Part shown: piece by piece, positions 39,331 to 52,073 of the stretch
How positions within the stretch are numbered: the stretch's first letter is position 1
Layout: each line of letters opens with the position of its first letter
From: Mytilus edulis
Taxonomy: Eukaryota
DNA length: 64,000 bases
Assembly (NCBI RefSeq): GCF_963676685.1
Contig: NC_092347.1
Coordinates: forward strand, 310,001-374,000
Direction: 5' to 3'
Position numbers and translations under genes: made by a program
Notes under the pieces: generated by a model
Databases searched by the model: none
Told to the model about the DNA's origin: nothing
Seen by the model: only the letters and a program-made list of their open reading frames with translations

Positions 39331-39692
39331 TATTAATTTATCATTTCATATTCCATAACTCAAAGATTAAATAAATATATACTTATAAACAGTAAAACAC
39401 CAAATCTTTTTAACTGACAAATGATACAAGCGCCTTACCTTTCAAATAAATCTACATTCAGTTACAGAACTTGTGTAATAATAACACTACACCATTTTAG
39501 AGAAAAGTTATAGTTTTTTTTATGAACTACATTCGTGGGTACCGGACTGGTTACCGTAACTGGGATCCTATTCCACATATACCAATATAACGACCGGGAC
39601 GAGCTTAACGTTACCTTGAACTTGTTTACATCGCTCTTCAAAATCGGAGGTATTTCTTGACTGAACGCCGCCTTTTGGCGAACTTTTGAAAG

Positions 39693-39852
39693 ATGGCGTC
39701 CTTGGAGACGCTCCTTCTCAGGATGAACTCCGTCGAGATGTCATCACAATATACGTATCTTAAAGACAAGCAGGAACAATGTATACAATCATGTAAATGT
39801 CCTTGCAGTTTTGCCAACTGGATACGGCAAAACTGTTATAATTCAAGTTTAA
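39693..39852 (+). pseudogene. RecQ-like helicase N-terminal relic (possibly an AcademH transposon derivative)
   Basis: LKDKQEQCI followed, after a frameshift, by NVLAVLPTGYGKTVIIQ (LPTGYGKT at 39811-39834), which is SF2 RecQ motif I. Confidence 0.6.
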
Positions 39853-40561
39853 TAATAGTATATATATATATGTATATGCCGAGAGAACCTGCATCTAAAG
39901 TGAATGTGAGAGAGTATGGTAAAAGCTAATACCTGGAACGTAGTACCGGGAACCAGGATAGGTAAGCGGAAGAAGGGATCCCGTAGACCGCCCTACGTCA
40001 CGATTCATGAATTATGCATATTCTATTCATAGGCTATTTATAAACGATTCTGTAAATAATAATGCTATAAAAAATAGAATATTCTCAACATGTAAAACTA
40101 TCTAAAAAACGATGCAAAATCATTAACTTTCTTGTAACACTCAGGTGAATTTGCTTGTTGACTTATTTTTTTATCACATGAAAAATAGGAAAATCTACCG
40201 CTTTACAGTAGCACATATCATTGTGCCCTCTTAGCAAATACAGATTCCTTTTTAAAATACATTATGGAGTGTGTCTCCGGCGAGAACTTCTCTATGCCCT
40301 ATCTTTTGTTAATTTTTTCGGGTAATTTATGACAATTTTTGACGTCTTAGCCGAACAGTTTTATCATTTTCACATAATTCAATTTATTGTGTGCTGGTTC
40401 ATATTCTGAAATAGTGTAGAGTAGTATGCGGACCAGTATTATGATCGGAACTGGAACTGCCGGGGAGTTTGTATGTTTATACGAGGTTGATACAGGTTGA
40501 TACCTGATTTACGTTCGAAAGTTATATTTATACGAGGTTGATACCTGATTTACGTTCGAAA

Positions 40562-40848
40562 GTTTTTTTCTGTCTATGAAGAAATAACATAAAAAATTTG
40601 GTGCACACTGAATAACGCGCGTAGCGGGTTATTTAACAGTGTGAACCACATTTTTTATATTATTTCGAATAGACAGAAAAAATACTACAGTAATTTCTTA
40701 TAATTTAATTCTAAATTCCATTTTAAACCGTTGAAAACCATGAAAAAACGTTGATGACGTCACGTCACATGAATAAATTATGCCTATGGGCTGATAACAA
40801 AATAACGTCAGCCAATCAGAAGACGCGTTACATCCAAAAGTAAATTAT
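40562..40848. mobile_element. Hairpin (palindromic) element inserted in an about 41-bp repeat
   Basis: 40563-40683 folds back on itself around GCGTAGC. The host repeat TACGAGGTTGATACCTGATTTACGTTCGAAAG lies on both sides. Confidence 0.65.
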
Positions 40849-40904
40849 ACGAGGCTGATACCTGATTTTGCGTTCGAAAGATATGTTTATACGAGATTGA
40901 TACT

Positions 40905-41245
40905 TTCGATAGTTATGGGAATACATGTACGAGGTTGATGATAGTGGACTTACTATCGATAGTTATGGTAATACATGTACGAGGGTTGATGATAGTGGAC
41001 TTACTATCGATAGTTATGGTAATACATGTACGAGTAATGATAGTGGACTTAACTTCGATAGTTATGGTAATACATGTACGAGGTTGATGATAGTGGACTT
41101 ACTATCGATAGTTATGGTAATACATGTACGAGTAATGATAGTGGACTTAACTTCGATAGTTATGGTAATACATGTACGAGTAATGATAGTGGACTTAACT
41201 TCGATAGTTATGGTAATACATGTACGAGCTTGATGATAGTGGACT
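40905..41245. repeat. 47-50-bp minisatellite, about 7 copies, with one more at 41669-41715
   Basis: TCGATAGTTATGGTAATACATGTACGAG(GTTG/TA)ATGATAGTGGACTTA. Confidence 0.92.
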
Positions 41246-41246
41246 T

Positions 41247-41668
41247 GCTCGAACAGGAATACTAGAACTGCTGCTTACATTTTTTATGTTCCAAATGTAA
41301 AAGGTGTAGAATCTTCTTCTTTCTGTTTTAGTGGTATTAACAACTGGAATGCTTTGCCATATTTTGTAATAAGTATTCACGTAAATTCAAAAATAAAATT
41401 TAAAATATGAAGTAAAAAAAACACCTAATGAGTAAACTCAGGTCAATGTCAGATTCAGATTTTATACTTTTTTATTAGATTATTTTTATATGAATAAGTT
41501 ATGCTGTGTATCATGGATACTATGTATGCTTTCATGGGTTATCCTTGGGTTAAGGCATTATTGAATTGGTACCTATGTAACAACCATTGATATATTTTAA
41601 TGTATTATGTAATTGTATATATTGCCTTTACCTGAATAAATATTATTATTATTAGTAGTAGTATTATT
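41247..41668 (+). mobile_element. 5'-truncated LINE 3' end (CR1/L2-like)
   Basis: NTR..FYVPNVKG..SFCFSGINNWNALP..KFK resembles a LINE ORF2 C-terminus. It is followed by AATAAA and a (TAT)n tail, and splits a minisatellite unit. Confidence 0.65.
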
Positions 41669-42474
41669 TTCGATAGTTATGGTAATACATGTAGGAGGTT
41701 GATGATAGTGGACTTTGATATTTTTATTGATACCTCTTCCGAGAAATAATACTGCGAGAGTATTGATGAGAAGCGTATTTTATTTGTTCTGTCGTAATGT
41801 TGTGACTTCTCTCATTGCTCACAATTTATATTTTAAGGTCGTCTGCTGTTATTAAGGTCGTCTGCTGTTTGTAGCTTGGAACATGCTTCATTTTTGTTGT
41901 ACCTTATGGTATAATCAATCTACTATTGACCTATATATTTTTGTACACGATGGAATTGACACCCTTCATTTATGTTTTTTACCCTTTGTAATCTTTGGTT
42001 ATTATAATATATATAATATTAACACTAAAATCCCTTGACAAATATTTAATGTCTTTCTGTTGTCTATATCAAGGTAAATACATTATTTTATTATACGGTT
42101 CAACAAAGAATCATGATATCAAGTCTCATGTTATTAAGGTAATAATTAGACATATTAATATTTCATACCCTTACTGAATACAAGTGAACGTTTTGGTTGC
42201 GAGATCTAATTACCTTCTGACTAATCTTTTGATGATACAATGACAACGTACAATTTTAATTTTCAAGTTCTTTGTTTATGCAGGATAATGGAAATCTTTG
42301 GTAATTAAATTATCTTCCATGGACGTCTGGGGAGAACGTATTTCACACGAAAGTATAACATGCTTTATTTTCAGTGTTAATTTAATTTTACAATGTATCA
42401 GTTTGAACCATAATGATATTAGTGTATATTGGTTTGAATTATTTGTCGTGCAAACTACCGTTATTTCTCTTATA

Positions 42475-42675
42475 ATTGAGAACGTTTTGTCTTGTTAACT
42501 TATATTGAGAACGTTTTGTCTTTTTAACTGATATTGAGAACGTTTTGTCCTTTTAACTGATATTGAGAACGTTTTGTCTTTTTAACTGATATTGAGAACG
42601 TTTTGTCTTTTTAACTGATATTGAGAACGTTTTGTCTTTTTAACTGATATTGAGAACGTTTTGTCTTGTTAACAC
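42475..42675. repeat. 29-bp minisatellite, about 7 copies
   Basis: ATTGAGAACGTTTTGTCTTTTTAACTGAT. Confidence 0.93.
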
Positions 42676-42927
42676 ATTATATTTTGGCATATCTCGTTGT
42701 GGTACATGTACGTAAATCTTACATTAACAACTAAAATTCCCTGTCAATTGTGTGAGACTAGGAAAATTTATTCATTTTCTTCAGTTTTATTTTATTTTAA
42801 ATTACATTATTTTTTCTATATTTGAAGATTTAGTTATTAAACGTATTGTGTTATACCTTTAGATTCTTAAGTATTCATTTGTAGTTTTCCATATTACGTC
42901 AAGGTTAGGGAAAGCGGGTATTTAGAT

Positions 42928-43022
42928 AAAGGAAGATGTGGTATGAGTGCCAATGAGAAAAGTCTCCATCAAAATAACGATTTGTAAAAGTAAACCATTA
43001 TAGGTCAATGCACGGCCTTCTC
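42928..43022 (-). mobile_element. Family Y terminal fragment
   Basis: GGAAGATGTGGTATGAGTGCCAATGAGA..AAACCATTATAGGTCAA..CGGCCTTC. Confidence 0.75.
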
Positions 43023-43598
43023 TAAACCGTAACCTAGCAGCACGTATATACTAGTAGGACAATATAAGTTATCTACGTTCATATCCTGTATATCTACGGA
43101 TATGAACGTAGAAAACGAATTTATCCCCGGTCTTAGTCTAAATCTGACAATTTTTAGAGAAATTCGACCACAAAGTTTAATGTGAAAGTAACGGGTTTTT
43201 TTTTCATTTTTTCTAATATCTTTTATTGAACTTTGGTATTTTGACATATTTTAACGGGATGTAGCGTTCTACCAAAGGTAGTATACAGCTGGCCGAGGAC
43301 CAATAACAAGGCCAATACAGAAATACACGTAATAGTATCTTTATTAATTAACTACAGTGTTACAATAATTTTTTTATATCATTTCAAAAGAGATAAATAT
43401 TTTTACCTTGAAGTGGAACTATCCACATCTCAGTTTCTTTTTATTAGATGCAATATGAAATCCTGTATTTGTGTCAACTCGGCCAATTCAGAAAAAAATC
43501 TATATTGACCGAGTTTACACCTTATAGTGCATAGGCAGTTTACATCATATGAATTTGTGTCAACCCGGCCAATTCAGGGGGGGCTATTGATTTTTTTG

Positions 43599-43721
43599 GC
43601 GAAAAATAAGTTTGTCCGGAATACGGTGTAAATGGGGTCAGTAAATTCCATATGGGTAGAGAGCGAAGCTCGAATTTACTGACCCCATATATACCGTATT
43701 CCGAACAAACTTATTTTTCGC
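43599..43721. repeat. Long imperfect palindrome of a hairpin element
   Basis: GCGAAAAATAAGTTTG..GGGGTCAGTAAATTC / GAATTTACTGACCCC..CAAACTTATTTTTCGC, with GCGAAGC near the centre. Confidence 0.85.
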
Positions 43722-44139
43722 ATGACGTATAACGTATAACGTCACAAGCACACTATGTAACGAATTTATCTTACAGACTATCTCTTTAGTGCCCTATCAA
43801 AATGAGCAAGTCTTCAAAACTATTAAGAAACTACTTTCATTGATCCTACAAAAACAGATGCGAACAATAACAACTTGTTAGGTTTAAATGTGTTTTATGA
43901 ATTTATTTTAATTTTAATCATCAATGTCTTCGCCTGTTGAAACATTTAAGATTTTTTCTCAGTATTGTTTTGTTTTTATAAAGGAACGTTAAACCACTAC
44001 TACCCGTTAATGAAATGTAAGCTCCGTCTCCCTTTTAACTAATATGGAATATAGAGGGACGTAACACCACTACTAACCGTGTATGAAATATACACGGACT
44101 TCACGCGGACGCTTTTAACCAATCATATTCCTAGAAATG

Positions 44140-46868
44140 TATAGGAGGTAAGATAAAAGTATTTGACAACGGTACACATTTACCAGTATTGACAACAATA
44201 CACACATACAAGTATTGACAACGGTACCTACATACAGTTATTAACAATGGTACACAATGGTACACAAATACAGGTATTGACAACGGTACACAAATACAAG
44301 TATTGACAACGGTACACAAATACCAATATTATAAACAACGGTACACATTTACCAGTATTGACAACGGTACCCAAATAAAAGTATTGACAACGGAATACAT
44401 TTGTCAGTATTAACAACGGTACACAAATACAAGTATTGACAACAGAACACATTTGTCAGTATTGACAACGGTACACAAATACAAGTATTGACAACGGAAC
44501 ACATTTGTCAGTATTGACAACGGTACACATTTACAAGTATTGACAACGGAATACATTTGTCAGTATTAACAACGGTACACAAATACAAGTATTGACAACG
44601 GAACACATTTGTCAGTATTGACAACGGTACACAAATACAAGTATTGACAACGGAACACATTTGTCAGTATTGACAACGGTACACAAATACAAGTATTGAC
44701 AACAGAACACATTTGTCAGTATTGAAAACGGTACACAAATACAAGTATTGACAACGGAACACATTTGTCAGTATTGACAACGGTACACAAATACAAGTAT
44801 TGACAACGGAACACATTTTTCAGTATTGACAACGGTACACATTTACAAGTATTGACAACGGAATACATTTGTCAGTATTAACAACGGTACACAAATACAA
44901 GTATTGACAACGGAACACATTTGTCAGTATTGACAACGGTACACAAATACAAGTATTGACAACGGAACACATTTGTCCGTATTGACAACGGAACACATTT
45001 GTCCGTATTGACAACGGAACACATTTGTCCGTATTGACAACGGAACACATTTATCAGTATTGACAACGGAACACATTTGTCAGTATTGACAACGGAACAC
45101 ATTTGTCAGTATTGACAACGGTACACATTTGTCAGTATTGACAACGGAACATATTTGTCCGTATTGACAACGGAACACATTTGTCAGTATTGACAACGGA
45201 ACACATTTGTCAGTATTGACAACGGTACACATTTGTCCGTATTGACAACGGAACACATTTGTCAGTATTGACAACGGTACACATTTGTCAGTATTGACAA
45301 CGGAACACATTTGTCCGTATTGACAACGGAACACATTTGTCAGTATTGACAACGGTACACATTTGTCAGTATTGACAACGGAACACATTTGTCAGTATTG
45401 ACAACGGTACACATTTGTCAGTATTGACAACGGAACACATTTGTCCGTATTTGTCCGTATTGACAACGGAACACATTTGTCCGTATTTGTCCGTATTGAC
45501 AACGGAACACATTTGTCAGTATTGACAACGGTACACAAATACAAGTATTGACAACGGAACGCATTTGTCCGTATTGACAACGGAACACATTTGTCCGTAT
45601 TGACAACGGAACACATTTGTCCGTATTGACAACGGAACACATTTATCAGTATTGACAACGGAACACATTTGTCAGTATTGACAACGGAACACATTTGTCA
45701 GTATTGACAACGGTACACATTTGTCAGTATTGACAACGGAACATATTTGTCCGTATTGACAACGGAACACATTTGTCAGTATTGACAACGGAACACATTT
45801 GTCAGTATTGACAACGGTACACATTTGTCCGTATTGACAACGGAACACATTTGTCAGTATTGACAACGGTACACATTTGTCCGTATTGACAACGGAACAC
45901 ATTTGTCAGTATTGACAACGGAACATATTTGTCAGTATTGACAACGGAACACATTTGTCCGTATTGACAACGGAACACATTTGTCAGTATTGACAACGGT
46001 ACACATTTGTCAGTATTGACAACGGAACACATTTGTCAGTATTGACAACGGTACACATTTGTCAGTATTGACAACGGAACACATTTGTCAGTATTGACAA
46101 CGGTACACATTTGTCAGTATTGACAACGGAACACATTTGTCCGTATTGACAACGGAACACATTTGTCAGTATTGACAACGGAACACATTTGTCCGTATTG
46201 ACAACGGAACACATTTGTCCGTATTGACAACGGAACACATTTGTCCGTATTGACAACGGAACACATTTGTCAGTATTGACAACGGAACACATTTGTCCGT
46301 ATTGACAACGGAACACATTTGTCAGTATTGACAACGGAACACATTTGTCAGTATTGACAACGGTACACATTTGTCCGTATTGACAACGGAACACATTTGT
46401 CAGTATTGACAACGGAACACATTTGTCAGTATTGACAACGGAACACATTTGTCCGTATTTGTCCGTATTGACAACGGAACACATTTGTCAGTATTGACAA
46501 CGGAACACATTTGTCCGTATTGACAACGGAACACATTTATCCGTATTGACAACGGTACACATTTGTCAGTATTGACAACGGTACACATTTGTCAGTATTG
46601 ACAACGGAACACATTTGTCAGTATTGACAACGGAACACATTTGTCAGTATTGACAACGGAACACATTTGTCAGTATTGACAACGGAACACATTTGTCAGT
46701 ATTGACAACGGAACACATTTATCGGTATTGACAACGGAACACATTTGTCGGTATTGACAACGGAACACATTTGTCAGTATTACAACGGAACACATTTGTC
46801 AGTATTGACAACGGAACACATTTGTCAGTATTGACAACGAAACACATTTGTCGGTATTGACAACGGTA
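44140..46868. repeat. 26-bp tandem satellite (about 100 copies)
   Basis: Unit ATTGACAACGGAACACATTTGTCAGT; alternating 52-bp dimers at about 44400-44960. Confidence 0.97.
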
Positions 46869-47869
46869 TATATTATATTACGAAGTTACATACACAATAT
46901 TGTACATAAATTTTGAAGGTAATATAAATGTGAAAAATGTCTGAAATCGACTCTTTAAATGACTTTAAGCAACAAATATTTTACGCGTCAAAATTTGTTA
47001 TTTGTGTATGTCTTGATATAGTTTTAGCATATCTCGTTCAAAAATAGCTTTCTTTAATATATAGAAATGCATTCAGATTATTGGCAATCCGCACCTATTA
47101 CATTGTATAATTATATATGACAGACTATAAAAGCACTATTATAACTGTTTTATATGATCAGGGCTTCATGACATTCATATTGAATCAAGATGTCAGGGGA
47201 ATCCTATGAACCAATCAATTGTAGGGAAAGCTGTTTCTGCACGATATAAAGTGGAGTTATAATCTAAATTAGCTAGGTCATTCTAGCAATATTAACGGGT
47301 TAATTATTCAATAATTCAAAAAAATGTCTCTTATTGATAACTAGATTCACGTTAAGATAATAGTTTGTTATATGTAGACAATTATGCTTGAAATGCAATT
47401 CATCAAATTTTCTGGGCTTTTACGATGTATTAGCTGAAGAGGTACTTAAGTTTATAGCCTCTCTCTCACATTGATGTAGAATACATTCTCTATCATTACT
47501 CTACTTGTTTACACATGTTACTTCACTGACTTCAGGTTCACACTTTGGTAAAAATAACATATATAATCTACTTGGTTCAATAATGCGGGAAATGGAAATC
47601 GGTGAGAAAGCAACCAAGCATTAAAATTTTGGTAACAGTCGCATCTTCGTACATTAAGAAACGTAATGGTGTATACTAAATGAACACACACATCAAATCC
47701 GAAAAAAACGTAATATCATGTTAATTATAATAACATAAAACGTAATCATGTTAAGCATTTGATAACAAAAACTGCAGTAACACGGATAAAATCGGACACA
47801 ATTTCTGTTTGACTGCACCCATTGTAGTATCCAATGCTCCTGATGGCTAACAGCTTTACCCGACACTTA

Positions 47870-49190
47870 GTTCGTTTTTGCTGATGACGAACAGTCCCTG
47901 ACAATAAATTTGGTGCTGCTGGTGGCGAACAGTCATAACCCAACAGTTCATTTGGTGCTGCTGATGCGGGCGAACAGTCATACTACGACTATTCATCCGA
48001 TGCTGTTGATGATGAACAGTCATAATATGCGATGCTGCTGATGGCGAAATGTCACACATCGACAATTAATTAAAGGGGCACTAGCTACGAGATATATAAA
48101 AAATCTAAAGTTTGATTTTTTTTGTTCAATCAAAAATGAAAGTGAAATAGTGAAATAACAATTCGCTTTTTGCAGCCAAAAAGGTTCAATTTTGTCAAAT
48201 TACGCTAAGAAACATTGATAATTAGTTATTCACTTGCAAGTGAATGAGTCGACCTCTTTAAATCCGTAATAATCTGAACTTCAATTTAACTCCTAGCTAG
48301 AGATTGACAACGCATGCATTGTACGTGTACTGGTTATTTAAAGAAAAAGAAAGTCAACAATGAAAGTGAAACTACGGTAAATCATTTGATTACTTATTCG
48401 ATGCACATAAAATCATTCTTATACGGTTAAAAGCAATGAGAAACACCTAGTTTTAATCTATAAAATAAATTCAAACAGACCTATAAAAATACAAGTGCAC
48501 GTGTTGGTTTAATCTATTCATATCTTTATTTATGTTTACATCGCTTATATGGTCATCTGAGGTCAAATCGATTGTTAATTAGATTGCGTCTGGACTAAAA
48601 TACACACGAAACGAACCTATATATTATCTACCCCATGCTCTGTAAACTGTTTATTTTAGACTTTTGGTAGTTTGGATAAATGTTTTACAATGTTATAAAT
48701 CAAATATGAGAATTTGAGTCAAATTGGTGACCATTAATTTGACAGGTAGTGCCCCTTTAAGTGCTGGTAATGATAAAAAGTCATACCACGACTATTTATT
48801 CGATTTTGCTAATAGCGAACAGTCATACCAAGACAATTATTGCGATGTTGCTGATGACGATATGTCACACATCGACAATTAATTAAGTGCCTGCTGTTGA
48901 TGGTAAACAATCATACAGAGACGACTTATTCGTTGATGCTGATGGCAAACAGTCGTACGAAGACAATTATTGCGATGTTGCTGATGTCACACATCGACAA
49001 TTAATTAAGTGCTTGCTGCTGATGGTAAACAGTCATACAGATACAATTCATTCGATTTTGCTAATAGCGAACAGTCATACTCAAACAATGTGTTCGATAC
49101 TGCTGATGGTGAACAGTCATACACCGACAATTTATTTAATTTTGCTGAGATCGAACAGTCATACCCGACAATTCGTTCGATGCTGCTAAA
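47870..49190. repeat. Decayed about 39-bp tandem repeat interrupted by a MITE
   Basis: The GATGCTGCTGATGGCGAACAGTCATA core recurs on both sides of 48074-48756. Confidence 0.75.
48074..48756 (+). mobile_element. Kolobok-like MITE with TTAA target duplication
   Basis: TTAA-AGGGGCACTAGCT...AGGTAGTGCCCCT-TTAA. Neighbouring host units (48864-48890, 48986-49012) show the empty site GACAATTAATTAAGTGC. Confidence 0.92.
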
Positions 49191-50086
49191 CCCAACAATT
49201 CAATCAGACCAGAAGTTGTATTTCATTTTTGCCAAGTTCACGTTATAATGATACAGCTGATCGAGAATCTATTACAGGGCCAATACAGAAACAGCAAGTT
49301 CGTAACACTTTTATTAAATGATTTATATTCCTTCAATAAGAATATATTAAGAAACTTACCGTGAAGAAGATACAGGAATCATTTCATATCTGAACTTGTC
49401 ACCGTTTTTTTACGTCCATGGTCATGTATTTCTTGTCAACATTCAGTCATTGTTAGATGAAATTTCTGGTTTCTTGTACAAACAATTAATAAAATCCTAT
49501 GACAATTCATTCTATGTAGCAAATATAAAATAACTCTGAAGAATAAGTCAGCCAGTTTAACTATTCTTACTCTTGGTTCGTCTGCGTTTTGAGTCTGATG
49601 ATTGATTAACGGAAATACAACGGTGTCAATAATCGAAAGTGAATTATTTCCGTTTCAAGACATCAAGACGTTACAAAATATTGCACATCATTTAACCTTT
49701 ATTTTATGATTATACAAATGTTTTATGCATACATTACCCCCAAAGTTAAGTAATGGCGTGAGAAAATTGAAACCGAAATTAAACGTCCCGTATTAGCCCA
49801 TCGGCCAATATGGCTTTTATCCGTATTGGCCCTGGTTGGAGAGCAATATGAACTCTTGATTTATATCGACAGTGGAACGTCGTCAGTATTGCCTATTTAT
49901 ATAAATCCGTATTTTGCCTGATTTGCTCATATCATTTAATAAAATAGCGTTAGGCAGAGATCTTTATAACCTGTATCTACAATAGTGTTATACAGGGGAT
50001 CTATATGACTTATATGTTCAATAGTGTTATACAAGGGTATAAATAACTTACATTTGTATATGTTCAATAGTGTAACGTGTTAGTTA

Positions 50087-50422
50087 GGAGATAACTGTAT
50101 TGTATTTTAAGCTCCGACGGCATCAATTGGGGATTTGATGGTCGTAAATTAAGTTTACTGGCGACGCGTTAGCGGAGACAGTAAACGGGTATTTGCGACC
50201 ATCAAATCCCAAATTGATGCCGTCGGAGCTTAAAATACAATATTGTTATCTCCATTCTAATGAAACTGACAAATAACAACGTTAAAACATGTATTTAAAA
50301 TCTGTCAAATGCCGTCTGCGCTTGCGCGTACGTCCCATAGCATCATTTGAAAAATTGATGCCATGTAAGAAAGTGACGTTATCCAATCAAAATGAACGTT
50401 ACAAACGTTGTTGCATTAGAAT
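50087..50422. mobile_element. Hairpin element with about 75-bp arms (50087-50253)
   Basis: GGAGATAAC..AAGCTCCGACGGCATCAATT..GATGGTCG / CGACCATC..AATTGATGCCGTCGGAGCTT..GTTATCTCC. The flanking sequence is duplicated (49993-50050 vs 50423-50480). Confidence 0.75.
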
Positions 50423-50875
50423 CAGGGATCTATATAACTTATATGTTCAAAAGTGTTATACAAGGGTATAAATAACCTAGATGTAACCCATAATGCACCC
50501 TGCGTTTTACGTGTCGACATCTTCAGGCAATTCAACATTGGGAAATTCAATTAAACATTTGACTAACAGCAGTATTACTTTAATGCTTTGTTGATTGCAT
50601 TTCTCTACCAGGAGCAGATGGTGTAATATCAATTTAACATTGGATTTATTGAGCAGTTTTTAGATGATCATGTATTTTACTGTTGCTTGACATTCATCAA
50701 TATCATGAATGGTTGCAGAAAGACTATCTCGATAGTTTGAAACGATTTTTCATTTCTAACTAGAGTTAAACCAATATAATTGAATTCTGCATCCTAAATC
50801 AATAAGCACATGAGGTTACAATGAATGTGTTTGTAGTCAGTTTTCACATTTTTCAGAACTGGTATTCATTATTAT

Positions 50876-51015
50876 TTGGGACTAGCTGAAGCCCGCTCAG
50901 GGTGTCTGATTTTTCAACTGCTTTAAAGATCTATGGATGGTCCTGGGCTGGTAATTTTCTGTTCTAGAGTCGGGTTGTTATCTCTCTTACAATTTTTTTC
51001 ATTTCCATTATCTTT
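50876..51015 (+). mobile_element. Degraded family X tail
   Basis: AGCTGAAG..CAGGGTG...GTCGGGTTGTTATCTCT..ATTTCCATT. Confidence 0.6.
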
Positions 51016-51134
51016 TCTCTTATGTCTTCTGGTTTTGTTTTATTTTGTAAAATATAGATATCAATTAAATGTAAATCAAAATAGCAGGAGGATGTTAAAA
51101 ATTAATATAATTCGTCTAATTAACAGCCGGATGT

Positions 51135-51345
51135 TTTTTTTGTTCGTCCTTGGCCGGGATTCGAACTCATGCTACTGAAATATCGTGACATCAAATCGCC
51201 TTGCACTGTGTCGGAGCACTAGACCACTTAGTCTGTTTCCCGGACGTTATTGAAATTCTTGACAATATTATTTGTATATTCCGAAGGCATACTGAATGTT
51301 TTACCGAGGGGACCAACCTATAGACCACTCGACCACCTAGGCGCT
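51135..51345 (-). mobile_element. tRNA-derived SINE head (interrupted); second copy at about 51575-51690
   Basis: Minus strand A-box-like TGGTCGAGTGG and B-box GAGTTCGAATCCC. About 90 bp is inserted between duplicated TAGACCACT motifs. Confidence 0.6.
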
Positions 51346-51699
51346 TCAAAAATAAAGCTTTCGATGGCCGGAATTTTTACAGATCAGCTCAGTTATTTAT
51401 AGTAGAGGATATTATAAATTAATATACAATGCAGTTACAGAAATAATCATATTTAGTATGTCTGAAACAGTGACATCTACACAACATATTTGATCCATCG
51501 AATAACCAGTGCTGGCGATACAAGGCTGAAAACACATTCTGTATATATTATTTGCCTAATAAGAGCCCAATAATATTAGATCTGTAAATTTGCAGAAGTA
51601 AATTGTTTGTTCTTCCCTGGCCAAGATCCGACTCGTGCTACTGAGATATCGTGACATCAAATCGCCTTGCACTCTGCCCGACGCGCTAGAATATATCAC

Positions 51700-51860
51700 T
51701 TAAATGTAAATCAAAATATCAGGAAGAAGCTAAACATAGACCTCAGTTAGGTGTAAATCAAATTATTAGGAGGATGCTAAACATAGACCTCAGTTAGGTG
51801 TAAATCAAATTATTAGGAGGATGCTAAATATAGACCACAGTTGGTGTAAATCAACATATC
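51700..51860. repeat. About 47-bp triplication
   Basis: AGGAGGATGCTAAACATAGACCTCAGTTAGGTGTAAATCAAA. Confidence 0.8.
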
Positions 51861-51887
51861 AATAGGATGTACATTAAAGATGTCAAG

Positions 51888-52042
51888 TAGATAGACATAA
51901 AGATAGCCGGTAGATATCAAACAAAGATAGCCGGTAGATATCAAACAAAGATAGCCGGTAGATATCAAACAAAGATAGCCGGTAGATATCAAACAAAGAT
52001 AGCCGGTAGATATCAAACAAAGATAGCCGGTATATATCAAAT
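51888..52042. repeat. 24-bp minisatellite, about 6 copies
   Basis: AGATAGCCGGTAGATATCAAACAA. Confidence 0.93.
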
Positions 52043-52073
52043 AGATATGTTAGTTAGATCAAACACAGATAGG

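Larger units (their letters stand above)
36283..39430 (-). repeat. Arm B of the inverted segmental duplication
   Basis: Reverse complement of 14468-17955, apart from arm-specific insertions. Confidence 0.93.

Noticed and set aside
14468-39430. Single giant foldback or Polinton-like transposon with kb-long TIRs
   Set aside because: No coding cargo, characteristic termini or target duplication seen; an inverted segmental duplication is simpler.
44131-46588. Cys-rich repetitive ORFs and a CRISPR-like palindromic 26-bp repeat
   Set aside because: The units are contiguous with no unique spacers, there are no cas genes, and the context is eukaryotic.
51135-51345. tRNA gene
   Set aside because: A and B boxes are present but there is no cloverleaf; it is interrupted and partly duplicated nearby, so it is better explained as a SINE head.
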